From: a phage
Direction: 5' to 3' (one strand)
Length of the DNA: 64,000 nucleotides
Sequence record: PZ347775.1
In this document: positions 18,926 through 27,350 of the stretch, one piece after another
Numbering within the stretch: position 1 is the first letter of the stretch
How the letters are laid out: the number at the start of each line of letters is the position of its first letter
Position numbers and translations under genes: made by a program
The notes under the pieces: model-generated
Databases searched by the model: none
The model's input: the letters and a program-made list of their open reading frames with translations, nothing else
What the model was told of the DNA's origin: nothing

Positions 18926-19171
18926 TTATTCACCAGTTACTTTCCACAAATCTTCGTTTGCAGTAATCCATTCAGTACGTTGATTTTCTTCATATACTGT
19001 AGAATATGCTGCTTTTTCTGAAGGGAATGTCTGGTAATGAGAGCCAGAAATTTTGTGAACGTCAGAATAAAGAGGGAAAGCTACAGAAATTTCCTTTCCT
19101 TCAATTTTCTTATTTCCATCTAATTTTTGCTCAAATGTTTTGATATTAACATAACCGCGAGTACTAGCCAT
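18926..19171 (-). CDS. soc: Soc small outer capsid protein
   Basis: 81-aa ORF MASTRGYVNIKTFEQKLDGNKKIEGKEISVAF matching T4 Soc; late promoter TATAAATA upstream. Confidence 0.92.
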   Translation of the reverse strand: MASTRGYVNIKTFEQKLDGNKKIEGKEISVAFPLYSDVHKISGSHYQTFPSEKAAYSTVYEENQRTEWITANEDLWKVTGE

Positions 19172-19187
19172 GTAATTCTCCTTTTAT

Positions 19188-19397
19188 TTAAATTACATGA
19201 CTATTTATAATAAATTCTTGCGGAACGCTAAAATATCCAATTTTAGTTAATATAACAACATCACCGTTAATAACTACCGGAGAATAATCGGCTGGAGCAT
19301 TAAACTTCCAATGAGCTCTAATATTATATCCATCAGAACCAAATGCTCGACTAGCCGGTCTCCCGGCTTTTTGCCATGCATAAAAATCAAATTTCAT
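19188..19397 (-). CDS. hypothetical protein (69 aa)
   Basis: ORF between soc and gene 56. Confidence 0.5.
   Translation of the reverse strand: MKFDFYAWQKAGRPASRAFGSDGYNIRAHWKFNAPADYSPVVINGDVVILTKIGYFSVPQEFIINSHVI
19202..19209 (-). promoter_or_regulatory. T4 late promoter TATAAATA for soc
   Basis: Plus-strand tatttata at 19202-19209, about 30 nt upstream of soc ATG. Confidence 0.55.
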
Positions 19398-19594
19398 TTT
19401 GAATGCTCTATAATTAATTTTAAGGCTTCTTCATGCACCTTACCTAATTGTATATGTCCAGTTTTAATTGTGTAAGCTTTGTGGAGCTGATTAGATAAGA
19501 GCTCACATACGAGCTCCTTGTCATAATTTTTAAATAGCTGGTCAATACGTTTCTTGTGGGCTTTCTTAAGCTGGCGTTTATTTAAACGAGCCAT
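19394..19594 (-). CDS. hypothetical protein (66 aa, basic)
   Basis: ORF between soc and gene 56. Confidence 0.5.
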   Translation of the reverse strand: MARLNKRQLKKAHKKRIDQLFKNYDKELVCELLSNQLHKAYTIKTGHIQLGKVHEEALKLIIEHSK

Positions 19595-20112
19595 TAATAA
19601 CCTCGGTCTTGACGAGCGAAGTTTTCAGCATTTTTCAGATAATAAAGTTTAAAGATTTCTTCAGCCGTAAGACCAAGACCTTGGAACATGTTCAGAACGA
19701 AATGAAGAATATCAATCATTTCGAATTTAATTTCCAACTGGTCTTGTGGAGACAAATCAGTAATTAGAGTTTCACGGCGTTCACCATGTTGAGCTTTCCA
19801 AGGCTTCCATACAGCAGATGCATCTTTTTCGCCATTGCTCATACCGCCAAGAGATGTCAGAAGTTCACGGAATTCATCGTCAATATAATCTTTCTGATTA
19901 CGTAGCCAATCAACAACTTCACCAGCAGTAGCCAAATCATCAGGATGACGATTATATTCAGGTTTATCTTTAGCTAAACGAACTTGCAGAGATTTCTGCA
20001 TATCAAGCATAACCTGCAGCGGGTCTTTTTCATCACAGAGAATATCCCAGTATTCATTTTGAGCTTTATCAGCGCCTTCGATCAGATGACTACATTCGTT
20101 GAAATGTGGCAT
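19594..20112 (-). CDS. 56: gp56 dCTPase/dUTPase (MazG-like dCTP pyrophosphatase)
   Basis: 172-aa ORF; T4 gp56 length; synteny. Confidence 0.88.
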   Translation of the reverse strand: MPHFNECSHLIEGADKAQNEYWDILCDEKDPLQVMLDMQKSLQVRLAKDKPEYNRHPDDLATAGEVVDWLRNQKDYIDDEFRELLTSLGGMSNGEKDASAVWKPWKAQHGERRETLITDLSPQDQLEIKFEMIDILHFVLNMFQGLGLTAEEIFKLYYLKNAENFARQDRGY

Positions 20113-20113
20113 G

Positions 20114-20764
20114 TTATTTTTCCTTTCTTATGAAGTTTTCTATCATATGTCTATAGCAGATATTAGGATAACCTGCCTTGACAGCTATTTTATTAAATTT
20201 TGTGCGCTTAGGTCTATTATTATAAACCCATAATTCATAAAGCGCATCATAACTATTCCATATTTCTCCTCGCCTAGGATTTGGTAAACCGTATCGAGGC
20301 GAATTTTTACCGCTAAATCTTCCTTTTCGGGCTTTACTCATATTAGCCTTGGCTTCATCGGATATAATTTTACCTTTATGAGCTAGACGCATTTTGGCTT
20401 TAGTTTCTTCTGGGGTCTTTTTGCCTTTAATCCATGACGGCTTGCCATATCTAGGATTATTTTCACCCGAGAAAAGAACAGAGTTTTGGATTTTAAGAGT
20501 TTCTATTAATCTACTTGTTAATTTAACACCTTTATTATATCGCATTAAATTTACAGCATAATGCAATCCTCTCACATCTGGATATATTTTAGTTAATAAT
20601 CTATGAGCTATAAAATGCTCACGCGCAGTTAACTCAACAAGATTGTTTTTGTCATCTGCTCCTCCTATACATCTAGGAATTATATGATGGCGTTCTTTAT
20701 ATCCGCCAAGATGCCGGCATTTAGCTTTTGTAATTAAAGCCGAGTAAATTTTTTGGTAATTCAC
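20114..20764 (-). CDS. free-standing HNH homing endonuclease with NUMOD-like DNA-binding repeats
   Basis: N-terminal His-Me finger ERHHIIPRCIGGADDKNNLVELTAREHFIAH; repeated basic K-G-K modules; GTG or nearby start with AAGGA SD. Confidence 0.8.
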   Translation of the reverse strand: MNYQKIYSALITKAKCRHLGGYKERHHIIPRCIGGADDKNNLVELTAREHFIAHRLLTKIYPDVRGLHYAVNLMRYNKGVKLTSRLIETLKIQNSVLFSGENNPRYGKPSWIKGKKTPEETKAKMRLAHKGKIISDEAKANMSKARKGRFSGKNSPRYGLPNPRRGEIWNSYDALYELWVYNNRPKRTKFNKIAVKAGYPNICYRHMIENFIRKEK

Positions 20765-20834
20765 ATATATCCTTTCAATTCATTGGTTAGTAGATTAATT
20801 ATACAATAAATATATAAAGCAATAAGGAGGATAT

Positions 20835-21035
20835 ATGGTACAAAAATTAATGGCACTTGTTAATGCCATCAAAGGTAATAAAAAACGTATAGCTTTTACT
20901 ATTTCTGCTATGATAGGAATTTTACTTTGGAATTTTGTTTTATCGCCAGTTGCTATTGCTCATGGCGTTAGTATTCCAGTAATTACTCTTGATACATTCG
21001 TAGATTTAGCATTTGCTTTAGTTGGGTTAATTTAA
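20835..21035 (+). CDS. 66-aa small membrane protein on the opposite strand
   Basis: Strong SD AAGGAGG 4 nt before ATG at 20835; predicted TM helix IAFTISAMIGILLWNFVLSPVAIA; only convincing plus-strand gene in window. Confidence 0.55.
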   Translation: MVQKLMALVNAIKGNKKRIAFTISAMIGILLWNFVLSPVAIAHGVSIPVITLDTFVDLAFALVGLI

Positions 21036-22060
21036 ATCTTAGCATATTTAGATAGCCGCATTTTAGCCATCAACCCTTGGGCAATATTATTTTTCATATA
21101 TTCCATAATTTGTTCAGGGGTTGCACCTTCCTTTCTAATCATATCATTAACATCTTTTGATTTCCAGGGAGATTTGTCCCAAAACATAACCCTTTCTCCT
21201 GCATCAACTAATTTAGTCATTCGTTTAATAGTGTCAGGATGACGAGGTTCATTATCTAAAACCCATACACGTCTATCTTTAAATGGAACAATTTCTAGGT
21301 CTAATTGACCACCCGTAATAGCTATACCATTTTCAATAAAAAGCGAATCTATAGGTCCTTCTAGAACATATACATCACCATCTTTAACCCGTTCAACACC
21401 ATAGATTTTTGTTGCCTCAGGATAAGCTTTGATGGTGATATATTTTTGGGGAGCATCTTTCTTTAATGCACGCCCTTGAAAAGACTCAGCTTTTCCATTA
21501 GCATTATAAATTGGAATAACAAGACGAGGCTCAGGTATTTCCTTTTTGTATGTTCCTGGTGCTATACTATTAACTAATTTAGGCCATTCGGTTGTAAACC
21601 AAAGATATTTCCATTTGTCCTTTGGAATACAACGAGCTTTTACGTATTTTATAATTGGATGGTCTTCCGCCAGTTTATCTAATCTAACACATGACGGAAG
21701 AGATTTAATTATTTTCTTCTCAGGTTGTTTAGGAAGTTCTTTAGGTTTTTCTACTGGACGACTTTTACCTTTTTCTTTTCTTATTTCAAAGATATACTCA
21801 CGATATAAATCGGGTTCAAACTCCTTTAAATATATTCCGATTGGTGCATGATAGTTGCAGTTATAACAATGAATATTTCCTTCATTATTATCGCCATAAT
21901 ACCATCCACGGGCTTTATTTTGGTCGGTTTTTGAATCTCCACAAACAGGGCATCTAAACCGCAATTTAAAAGTTGAACTATTATTTACTTGTGTGAATTT
22001 AGGTAAATGAGCTAATGCACGATATGCAAACTCATTATCAATCCAAGGTATTGATGACAT
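21032..22060 (-). CDS. 61: gp61 DNA primase
   Basis: 342-aa ORF; N-terminal zinc ribbon CPVCGDS...CYNC and Toprim core; T4 gp61 length. Confidence 0.93.
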   Translation of the reverse strand: MSSIPWIDNEFAYRALAHLPKFTQVNNSSTFKLRFRCPVCGDSKTDQNKARGWYYGDNNEGNIHCYNCNYHAPIGIYLKEFEPDLYREYIFEIRKEKGKSRPVEKPKELPKQPEKKIIKSLPSCVRLDKLAEDHPIIKYVKARCIPKDKWKYLWFTTEWPKLVNSIAPGTYKKEIPEPRLVIPIYNANGKAESFQGRALKKDAPQKYITIKAYPEATKIYGVERVKDGDVYVLEGPIDSLFIENGIAITGGQLDLEIVPFKDRRVWVLDNEPRHPDTIKRMTKLVDAGERVMFWDKSPWKSKDVNDMIRKEGATPEQIMEYMKNNIAQGLMAKMRLSKYAKI

Positions 22061-22062
22061 TT

Positions 22063-22227
22063 TTACTCTTCTTTTTCTTTAGATTCCTCTTTTTTCTTTT
22101 TAGGAATCTGTTCAGGACCTTTATTTACTACAGCGCCTGATGTTGTTCCAGTGGAGATATTTTCAGGATTACCACCTGAATCTCCAGCTACCATATCTTC
22201 TTTGATAAATTCTTTATATGTTTTCAT
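22063..22227 (-). CDS. hypothetical protein (54 aa, 61.1 position)
   Basis: ORF below track cutoff: MKTYKEFIKEDMVAGDSGGNPENISTGTTSGAVVNKGPEQIPKKKKEESKEKEE. Confidence 0.5.
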   Translation of the reverse strand: MKTYKEFIKEDMVAGDSGGNPENISTGTTSGAVVNKGPEQIPKKKKEESKEKEE

Positions 22228-22228
22228 A

Positions 22229-22855
22229 TTAACCTCTATTCATAAAAGCATTAAAAATTTGGTCATCAATAGAAACATTCACTTTAGACTGTTTTTCTGA
22301 TGGTAATTCATATCCACATATTACAATTTTGTGATCAATATCAAAATACACAGAAGCAATATGATTAATGATGTTTTCAGTAAAGTCTAAATCAACATCA
22401 ATATCTTTTTGACCACAGCCCAAAGGATAAATAATGCGAGTAATTCGATTATCTTTAACAAAGATTCCACCGACATACTCTGTGCTGCGTTTAAAGTCTA
22501 CACGCCGACGAAATGAAAAATATTCAGGCTCTTTATGAGCTCGGCTCATAGGACACAACGAGTAACTAGAATAAGAAATGTCAAATCCTACGCCTTCAAT
22601 ATGAGCCAAATTATCATGATTAAACCAATTATAATCGTACGCCAAGTCCATTAGATTATAATATGTAAAAGGCACCGGATTAACGTCATTAGTCACAAGC
22701 ATGTAATTAGCAACTGCTATAATTTCATTGTTTTTAACGAATACAAACCGTGATTGATGCGAATGACCTGGACCCGCGTTTTCACGATTAATGATATAAC
22801 ACTGGGCACCTTTATATTTGTATGTATCTTTGCACTTGTGCATTTGGTAAAGCAT
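22229..22855 (-). CDS. hypothetical protein (208 aa), 61.2 position (AdfA-like anti-DarT candidate by synteny)
   Basis: Size and position match T4 61.2; function inferred only from literature on homologous locus. Confidence 0.55.
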   Translation of the reverse strand: MLYQMHKCKDTYKYKGAQCYIINRENAGPGHSHQSRFVFVKNNEIIAVANYMLVTNDVNPVPFTYYNLMDLAYDYNWFNHDNLAHIEGVGFDISYSSYSLCPMSRAHKEPEYFSFRRRVDFKRSTEYVGGIFVKDNRITRIIYPLGCGQKDIDVDLDFTENIINHIASVYFDIDHKIVICGYELPSEKQSKVNVSIDDQIFNAFMNRG

Positions 22856-23148
22856 TATTCACCTACCACTTCAGCGACGATATTTTTATTATTAAAGTTT
22901 TTATCGCAATATAGAACATAATTATACTGCATTACACCACCAGACTTAAGCTGTTTTTGCACTTCAGCTTTCATTTCAGGACGATCACGCTCAACGATAT
23001 TCATAATATCTGCTTCAATTTGAGTTTCAACTTCAGTCTGATCTGCAGTCATAGACCACTCACACAAATCTTTATCATATCCTGCCATAGCAGGCTGAGC
23101 AGCGCAAGAAGATAAAGCAAAAATTGCAGCAAAGATAAATTTTTTCAT
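22855..23148 (-). CDS. sp: Spackle-like periplasmic protein (superinfection exclusion / lysozyme inhibitor)
   Basis: 97-aa ORF with signal peptide MKKFIFAAIFALSSCAAQPAMA; position of T4 sp. Confidence 0.7.
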   Translation of the reverse strand: MKKFIFAAIFALSSCAAQPAMAGYDKDLCEWSMTADQTEVETQIEADIMNIVERDRPEMKAEVQKQLKSGGVMQYNYVLYCDKNFNNKNIVAEVVGE

Positions 23149-23251
23149 GATAATCTCCTCAGTAGTTTATGTTTATAGTATCTCAATTTTCAACAAAAGT
23201 AAACACTAGTAGAAGCAAACAGACAAATTACAATAATTGGTGATTTCAGTT

Positions 23252-23431
23252 TCATTCTTCTCCTCCATGTTGATGAACATATTCTTTTTCAAGTCTAGAG
23301 CACAAGTTTTCATATTCAACTAATAAAAATGAATCAAGTGCGTTATTTCTATGCTGACACCGTTCTTGTAAAGAATCCATCTCTGAACGTTGTTCTTGTG
23401 TTAATAATTGATAACCTGATACTTTAGACAT
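23252..23431 (-). CDS. hypothetical protein (59 aa)
   Basis: ATG after GGAGAACAAA cassette and perfect early promoter. Confidence 0.5.
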   Translation of the reverse strand: MSKVSGYQLLTQEQRSEMDSLQERCQHRNNALDSFLLVEYENLCSRLEKEYVHQHGGEE

Positions 23432-23467
23432 TTTGTTCTCCATTTACTCGTTTGTTTTGATAGGTCT

Positions 23468-23496
23468 ATAATAACATGTTTAAAACAAAAGTAAAC
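23468..23496 (-). promoter_or_regulatory. T4-type early promoter
   Basis: -35 GTTTAC (23491-23496), 17-nt spacer, -10 TATTAT (23468-23473). Confidence 0.5.
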
Positions 23497-23750
23497 TATT
23501 TTATTTCCTCAAGTTCGTTAATCAATAAAAGTTCTCTGACGCTAAAAATAAAGAAAAATGTGTTCCCATCAACCAGAGCATGACCGCTAATAGAACACCC
23601 TCTGCGGAATTTAGAAACTTCACAATCTAGAACTGTAAAGGGTTTTAATCCTATGACTTTAGCTGTGCGTCTATTCAGTTCACAACCACTCGCGAATTTT
23701 TCCAAATCTTCTTCTGATTTAAACTGATATTCTCTATTAACTAGCATCAT
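23496..23750 (-). CDS. hypothetical protein (84 aa)
   Basis: ORF with early promoter upstream. Confidence 0.5.
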   Translation of the reverse strand: MMLVNREYQFKSEEDLEKFASGCELNRRTAKVIGLKPFTVLDCEVSKFRRGCSISGHALVDGNTFFFIFSVRELLLINELEEIK

Positions 23751-23781
23751 TTTCTTTTCTCCGCGATTAGCTGATAGAATT

Positions 23782-23811
23782 ACTATAACACAACTCTATC
23801 AGCTTGTAAAC
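23782..23811 (-). promoter_or_regulatory. T4-type early promoter
   Basis: -35 GTTTAC (23806-23811), 18 nt, -10 TATAGT (23782-23787); inverted repeat agctgatag/ctatcagct flanks -10. Confidence 0.5.
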
Positions 23812-23813
23812 TA

Positions 23814-24113
23814 CTATTTTAAAACTTCTGTATAATCACATGTTACAAACTGTTTCTCTAACTTGACGATTTTACGAAAGTATCTTTTGCATTGGCGAAT
23901 CTGCCGCTTTGTAGGGCGCACAGCAAACTTAATAAATTCCACTCGACCAAATGGAGGGCTTTCTTCTGCTGGAATATCTAATACCAATTCCCACGTATCT
24001 GCGATAAGTGCTTTGAATTGAGTATTTTTCCTGACGTTATACGGAGTAGGTTTAAATAAAACAATATGCATATTATCCTCGGCAATCCACTTCACATACT
24101 TTCTTGTCATCAA
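23814..24113 (-). CDS. hypothetical protein (99 aa)
   Basis: ORF between 61 and 41. Confidence 0.5.
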   Translation of the reverse strand: MMTRKYVKWIAEDNMHIVLFKPTPYNVRKNTQFKALIADTWELVLDIPAEESPPFGRVEFIKFAVRPTKRQIRQCKRYFRKIVKLEKQFVTCDYTEVLK

Positions 24114-24255
24114 TGAAAGCTTTAACTAATGCTTTATTAACTTCAGCATATTGAGTAGTAGCCCATTGAACGTCATCTTTCATCATTGTGATTTCTTTAG
24201 TAAACATGCTTTCATTCTTAAACCACCCCATAAAAACTACTTTTACCAATTCCAT
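24073..24255 (-). CDS. hypothetical protein (60 aa)
   Basis: ORF with early promoter upstream. Confidence 0.45.
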   Translation of the reverse strand: MELVKVVFMGWFKNESMFTKEITMMKDDVQWATTQYAEVNKALVKAFIDDKKVCEVDCRG

Positions 24256-24284
24256 AAAAATCTCCTCATTTAACCAACAAGACT

Positions 24285-24314
24285 ACTATACCATAGTCTT
24301 GTCGGCTTGTAAAC
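24285..24314 (-). promoter_or_regulatory. T4-type early promoter
   Basis: -35 GTTTAC (24309-24314), 18 nt, -10 TATAGT (24285-24290); inverted repeat around -10. Confidence 0.45.
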
Positions 24315-25741
24315 TAAAATTTTAATTCATTTGCCAAAGCATCTAACTGAGCTCGAGCGGATTCGTTTCTTTGATAGCGATTCTGTTCAGCCTGAATCTG
24401 CTGTGAACCTGCTACTTCGTTCACTTCAGTTGGAGTAGAATCTTGTTCAATTTCTACCCATTTCTGATTTCCTTTTTGAACACCCATCAAAAACTTATTC
24501 CATTTATTCTTATCACCGTATCGTGATTTGATTTGCTTAATGAGTTGTTGTTCAGCAGCTGCTAACTCCTCGGTTTCAATGACCGCAAGCATAAAATCGG
24601 CTGTTGCTGGAAGACCGGCAGATTCTGCAATATCGCTCATGTTAACATCAGAAGAATCCCAAGCTTGTTTACCAACCTGTGCTGCAGTCCAAAGAACAGT
24701 TTCGGTTTCAACAGCCAGAGCACGCAATTCCTCTGCGATAGCTTTAACAGTTGTGTAACTATTTTCTGAATAAACTCTAATGCGGCAAGATTTACAAATA
24801 CCTAGATAGTCGACAATAATGATTGTTGGAACAAAATTCTTCTTGAGCTTCAATTCGTTTAAAAGCGATCGAAATGTATTAGCGTCTGCTCCACCAGTAG
24901 GATATTGCTTAACGATTAAACGACCGAGAGTAGATTTCTCACGCCATTTTTCCATCTTTCCTTTATACTCAGCGTAAGAAATATGCCCATCATCAATGTC
25001 ATCAAGAGAAACATCAAGCATATTAGCATCAATACGTTTAGCACAGACTTCTTCAGCCATTTCCATGGAAATGTAAAGAACATTATGTCCGAGCTGCAAA
25101 TAATCTGCTGCCAATGAACACAGACCTAATGACTTACCAACGTTAACACCAGCCATTAAAACGTTCAGTGTTCCAGTTTCAGCTCCGCCTTTAGTAATTT
25201 TATTTAGAATTTTGAGTTTAAATGGAACCTTACGAGCTTTATTCATATAAGATAGCCAACGTGCTTCGTAGTCATCCATCCAATCATGACCAACGTAACT
25301 ATCAAATGAAATTGATAATGCTTGGCGCATGATGTCAGGAATAGCACCTACATCCGGCATTTTCTTATTGCGTTTTTCCGGAGGAAGCTCAGCATTGGTT
25401 TGAATTTCAATTATTTTAGATGTGGCGTTAAACATCGCCCTTTGCTGAACATATTTTTCTGTTTCTTTTACTAACCAGCTGTGGTCTTCCGGAGAATCGG
25501 CCAGTTTTGAAATAAGTGTTTTTATACCAGAATATTCTGTTTCAGTAAATGAACTATTTTCTAACGCAACATTTAACGCATTAATAGATGGAACGCTATG
25601 ATACTCGTTAACATGAGATTTAATTAATTTGAATGTATTTTTAGCTGGACCACTTTCAAAATATTCTGAATCCATATATGGCCAAACTTTTGAAAAATAA
25701 GCTTGATCAAATATGAGATGAGAAAGAATAATTTCTACCAC
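24314..25741 (-). CDS. 41: gp41 replicative DNA helicase (DnaB-like)
   Basis: 475-aa ORF; Walker A GVNVGKS; T4 gp41 length and sequence. Confidence 0.95.
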   Translation of the reverse strand: MVEIILSHLIFDQAYFSKVWPYMDSEYFESGPAKNTFKLIKSHVNEYHSVPSINALNVALENSSFTETEYSGIKTLISKLADSPEDHSWLVKETEKYVQQRAMFNATSKIIEIQTNAELPPEKRNKKMPDVGAIPDIMRQALSISFDSYVGHDWMDDYEARWLSYMNKARKVPFKLKILNKITKGGAETGTLNVLMAGVNVGKSLGLCSLAADYLQLGHNVLYISMEMAEEVCAKRIDANMLDVSLDDIDDGHISYAEYKGKMEKWREKSTLGRLIVKQYPTGGADANTFRSLLNELKLKKNFVPTIIIVDYLGICKSCRIRVYSENSYTTVKAIAEELRALAVETETVLWTAAQVGKQAWDSSDVNMSDIAESAGLPATADFMLAVIETEELAAAEQQLIKQIKSRYGDKNKWNKFLMGVQKGNQKWVEIEQDSTPTEVNEVAGSQQIQAEQNRYQRNESARAQLDALANELKF

Positions 25742-25750
25742 ACTTACTCC

Positions 25751-26113
25751 TTAAAAGAATTTAAATTTTTTCTTTGACCTTTTATTAAATGCATCTTGTA
25801 GTTGCATTGTAATACATTTTTCTACATGAGGAGCTAACTCAGCTTTTCTTTCTTGGTCAAGAACAGCAAAGTCCATTACGACTTTTCCATCAACCCAATC
25901 TAATTTTGTCACATACACAATGTGTGTAGAACCGTCTTCTAGTTTAATGACAATCTCCTGGATAACATTTTCCATGGCAGATTTAATTATCTTAAGAGAT
26001 TCATTAAAAAGACGTTCTTTTCTTTCTTCTTCCCCCTCCGAAGAGGGGGATTCATCGATAATTTCTAGATCTAAATCTAAATCATCTTTATTCATTAAAT
26101 TCTTCCATATCAC
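25751..26113 (-). CDS. 40: gp40-position protein (120 aa)
   Basis: Synteny between uvsX and 41. Confidence 0.5.
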   Translation of the reverse strand: MIWKNLMNKDDLDLDLEIIDESPSSEGEEERKERLFNESLKIIKSAMENVIQEIVIKLEDGSTHIVYVTKLDWVDGKVVMDFAVLDQERKAELAPHVEKCITMQLQDAFNKRSKKKFKFF

Positions 26114-27269
26114 TTAACTGATCTAGGTCAGTTTCTAAATCAGCTGCTGATTTACTTTTACTTTCTGGAGATTTAAATTTTTCAACCTTTGAGTTAATCA
26201 ATTCATCAACTTCAGCTTCAACAATTTCATTACTATCAATAGCACCTAACTGATAAGCGCGTTTAATAGCATCTCGGAATGGTTGATGCTTAAATAAAGG
26301 ACCCCAGAATGTAGTGCAATTGGTATCTTTTGCACGCCAAGATTTTTCTTCGCGAATCATCTCGCCGGTTTCTTCATCAAGAAATTCACGAGCATACCAA
26401 CCATTTTTAGGTTTTACTACAAATCCTAGTTCAAGAGCCATATCTAACAATCCAGAATAAGGATCGATACCACCGTCAAATTTAACATCAATAAAGAATT
26501 TACTTTTTTCTTTGACGGTACGAGATTTTTCTACATTTAGAACAAATTGATACCCCTGAAGATCAGAACCATCTTTAATCTGACGCTTACCGATAATGAA
26601 TACAGTATCAGCTGAATACATTACGCCTGTACCACCTGTCATCACGGTTTTACTAAACATTTCAATTGTTTCAATTGTGTGGTTAACCGCAACACATGGA
26701 ATATTTTTAATGCTAAAATAAGGAGTAACAATACGGAATAATGACTTCAGTGATTTAGCACGAGTCATATCTGCCACAGATTTTTCATTCAAGGCATCTT
26801 CCGTTTCTTTCTTAGAAGCCATATTACCGATTGAGTCGATGAATACAATAACTTTTTCACCGCGCTCAATAGCTTCAAGCTGATTCACCATATCAATTTT
26901 CAGTTGTTCAACTGACTGGATTGGTGTATGAATTACTCGTTCCGGGTCAACTCCCATGGATCGCAAATAAGCTGGAGTAATACCAAATTCACTATCATAA
27001 AATAGACAAACCGCGTCAGGATATTTGTTCAAATACGCCGCAACCATAGTCAAAGACATATTTGATTTAAAGTGTTTAGAAGGACCTGCAAAAATGGTTA
27101 AACCAGACTGCATACCACCATCAATCGCGCCGGAAATAGCGATATTGAGCATTGGGATTTTTGTACGGATTACATCCTTTTCATTAAAGAATTTAGATGT
27201 AGTCAGTTCAGCAGTCATTTTAGAAGTGGAAGCTTTAATCAAACGGGATTTTAAATCTGCAATAGACAT
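26088..27269 (-). CDS. uvsX: UvsX RecA-like recombinase
   Basis: 393-aa ORF MSIADLKSRLIKASTSKMTAELTTSKFFNEKDVIRTKIPMLNIAISG; T4 UvsX. Confidence 0.95.
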   Translation of the reverse strand: MSIADLKSRLIKASTSKMTAELTTSKFFNEKDVIRTKIPMLNIAISGAIDGGMQSGLTIFAGPSKHFKSNMSLTMVAAYLNKYPDAVCLFYDSEFGITPAYLRSMGVDPERVIHTPIQSVEQLKIDMVNQLEAIERGEKVIVFIDSIGNMASKKETEDALNEKSVADMTRAKSLKSLFRIVTPYFSIKNIPCVAVNHTIETIEMFSKTVMTGGTGVMYSADTVFIIGKRQIKDGSDLQGYQFVLNVEKSRTVKEKSKFFIDVKFDGGIDPYSGLLDMALELGFVVKPKNGWYAREFLDEETGEMIREEKSWRAKDTNCTTFWGPLFKHQPFRDAIKRAYQLGAIDSNEIVEAEVDELINSKVEKFKSPESKSKSAADLETDLDQLSDMEEFNE

Positions 27270-27322
27270 TCATTTTTTCCATAGGCATCATTATATTTTC
27301 CTCACTGGTTAAAGATAGAGTA

Positions 27323-27350
27323 ATTATAACACAATAAATTTAGGCATTAA
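27323..27350 (-). promoter_or_regulatory. candidate middle promoter for uvsX (MotA-box-like TGCCTAA plus TATAAT)
   Basis: Minus-strand ttaaTGCCTAAatttattgtgtTATAAT, 11-nt gap; one mismatch to TGCTT core. Confidence 0.35.

Noticed and set aside
19594-21032. dam DNA adenine methyltransferase expected between 56 and 61
   Set aside because: No ORF with methyltransferase motifs (DPPY/FxGxG) is present; interval is occupied by the HNH endonuclease.
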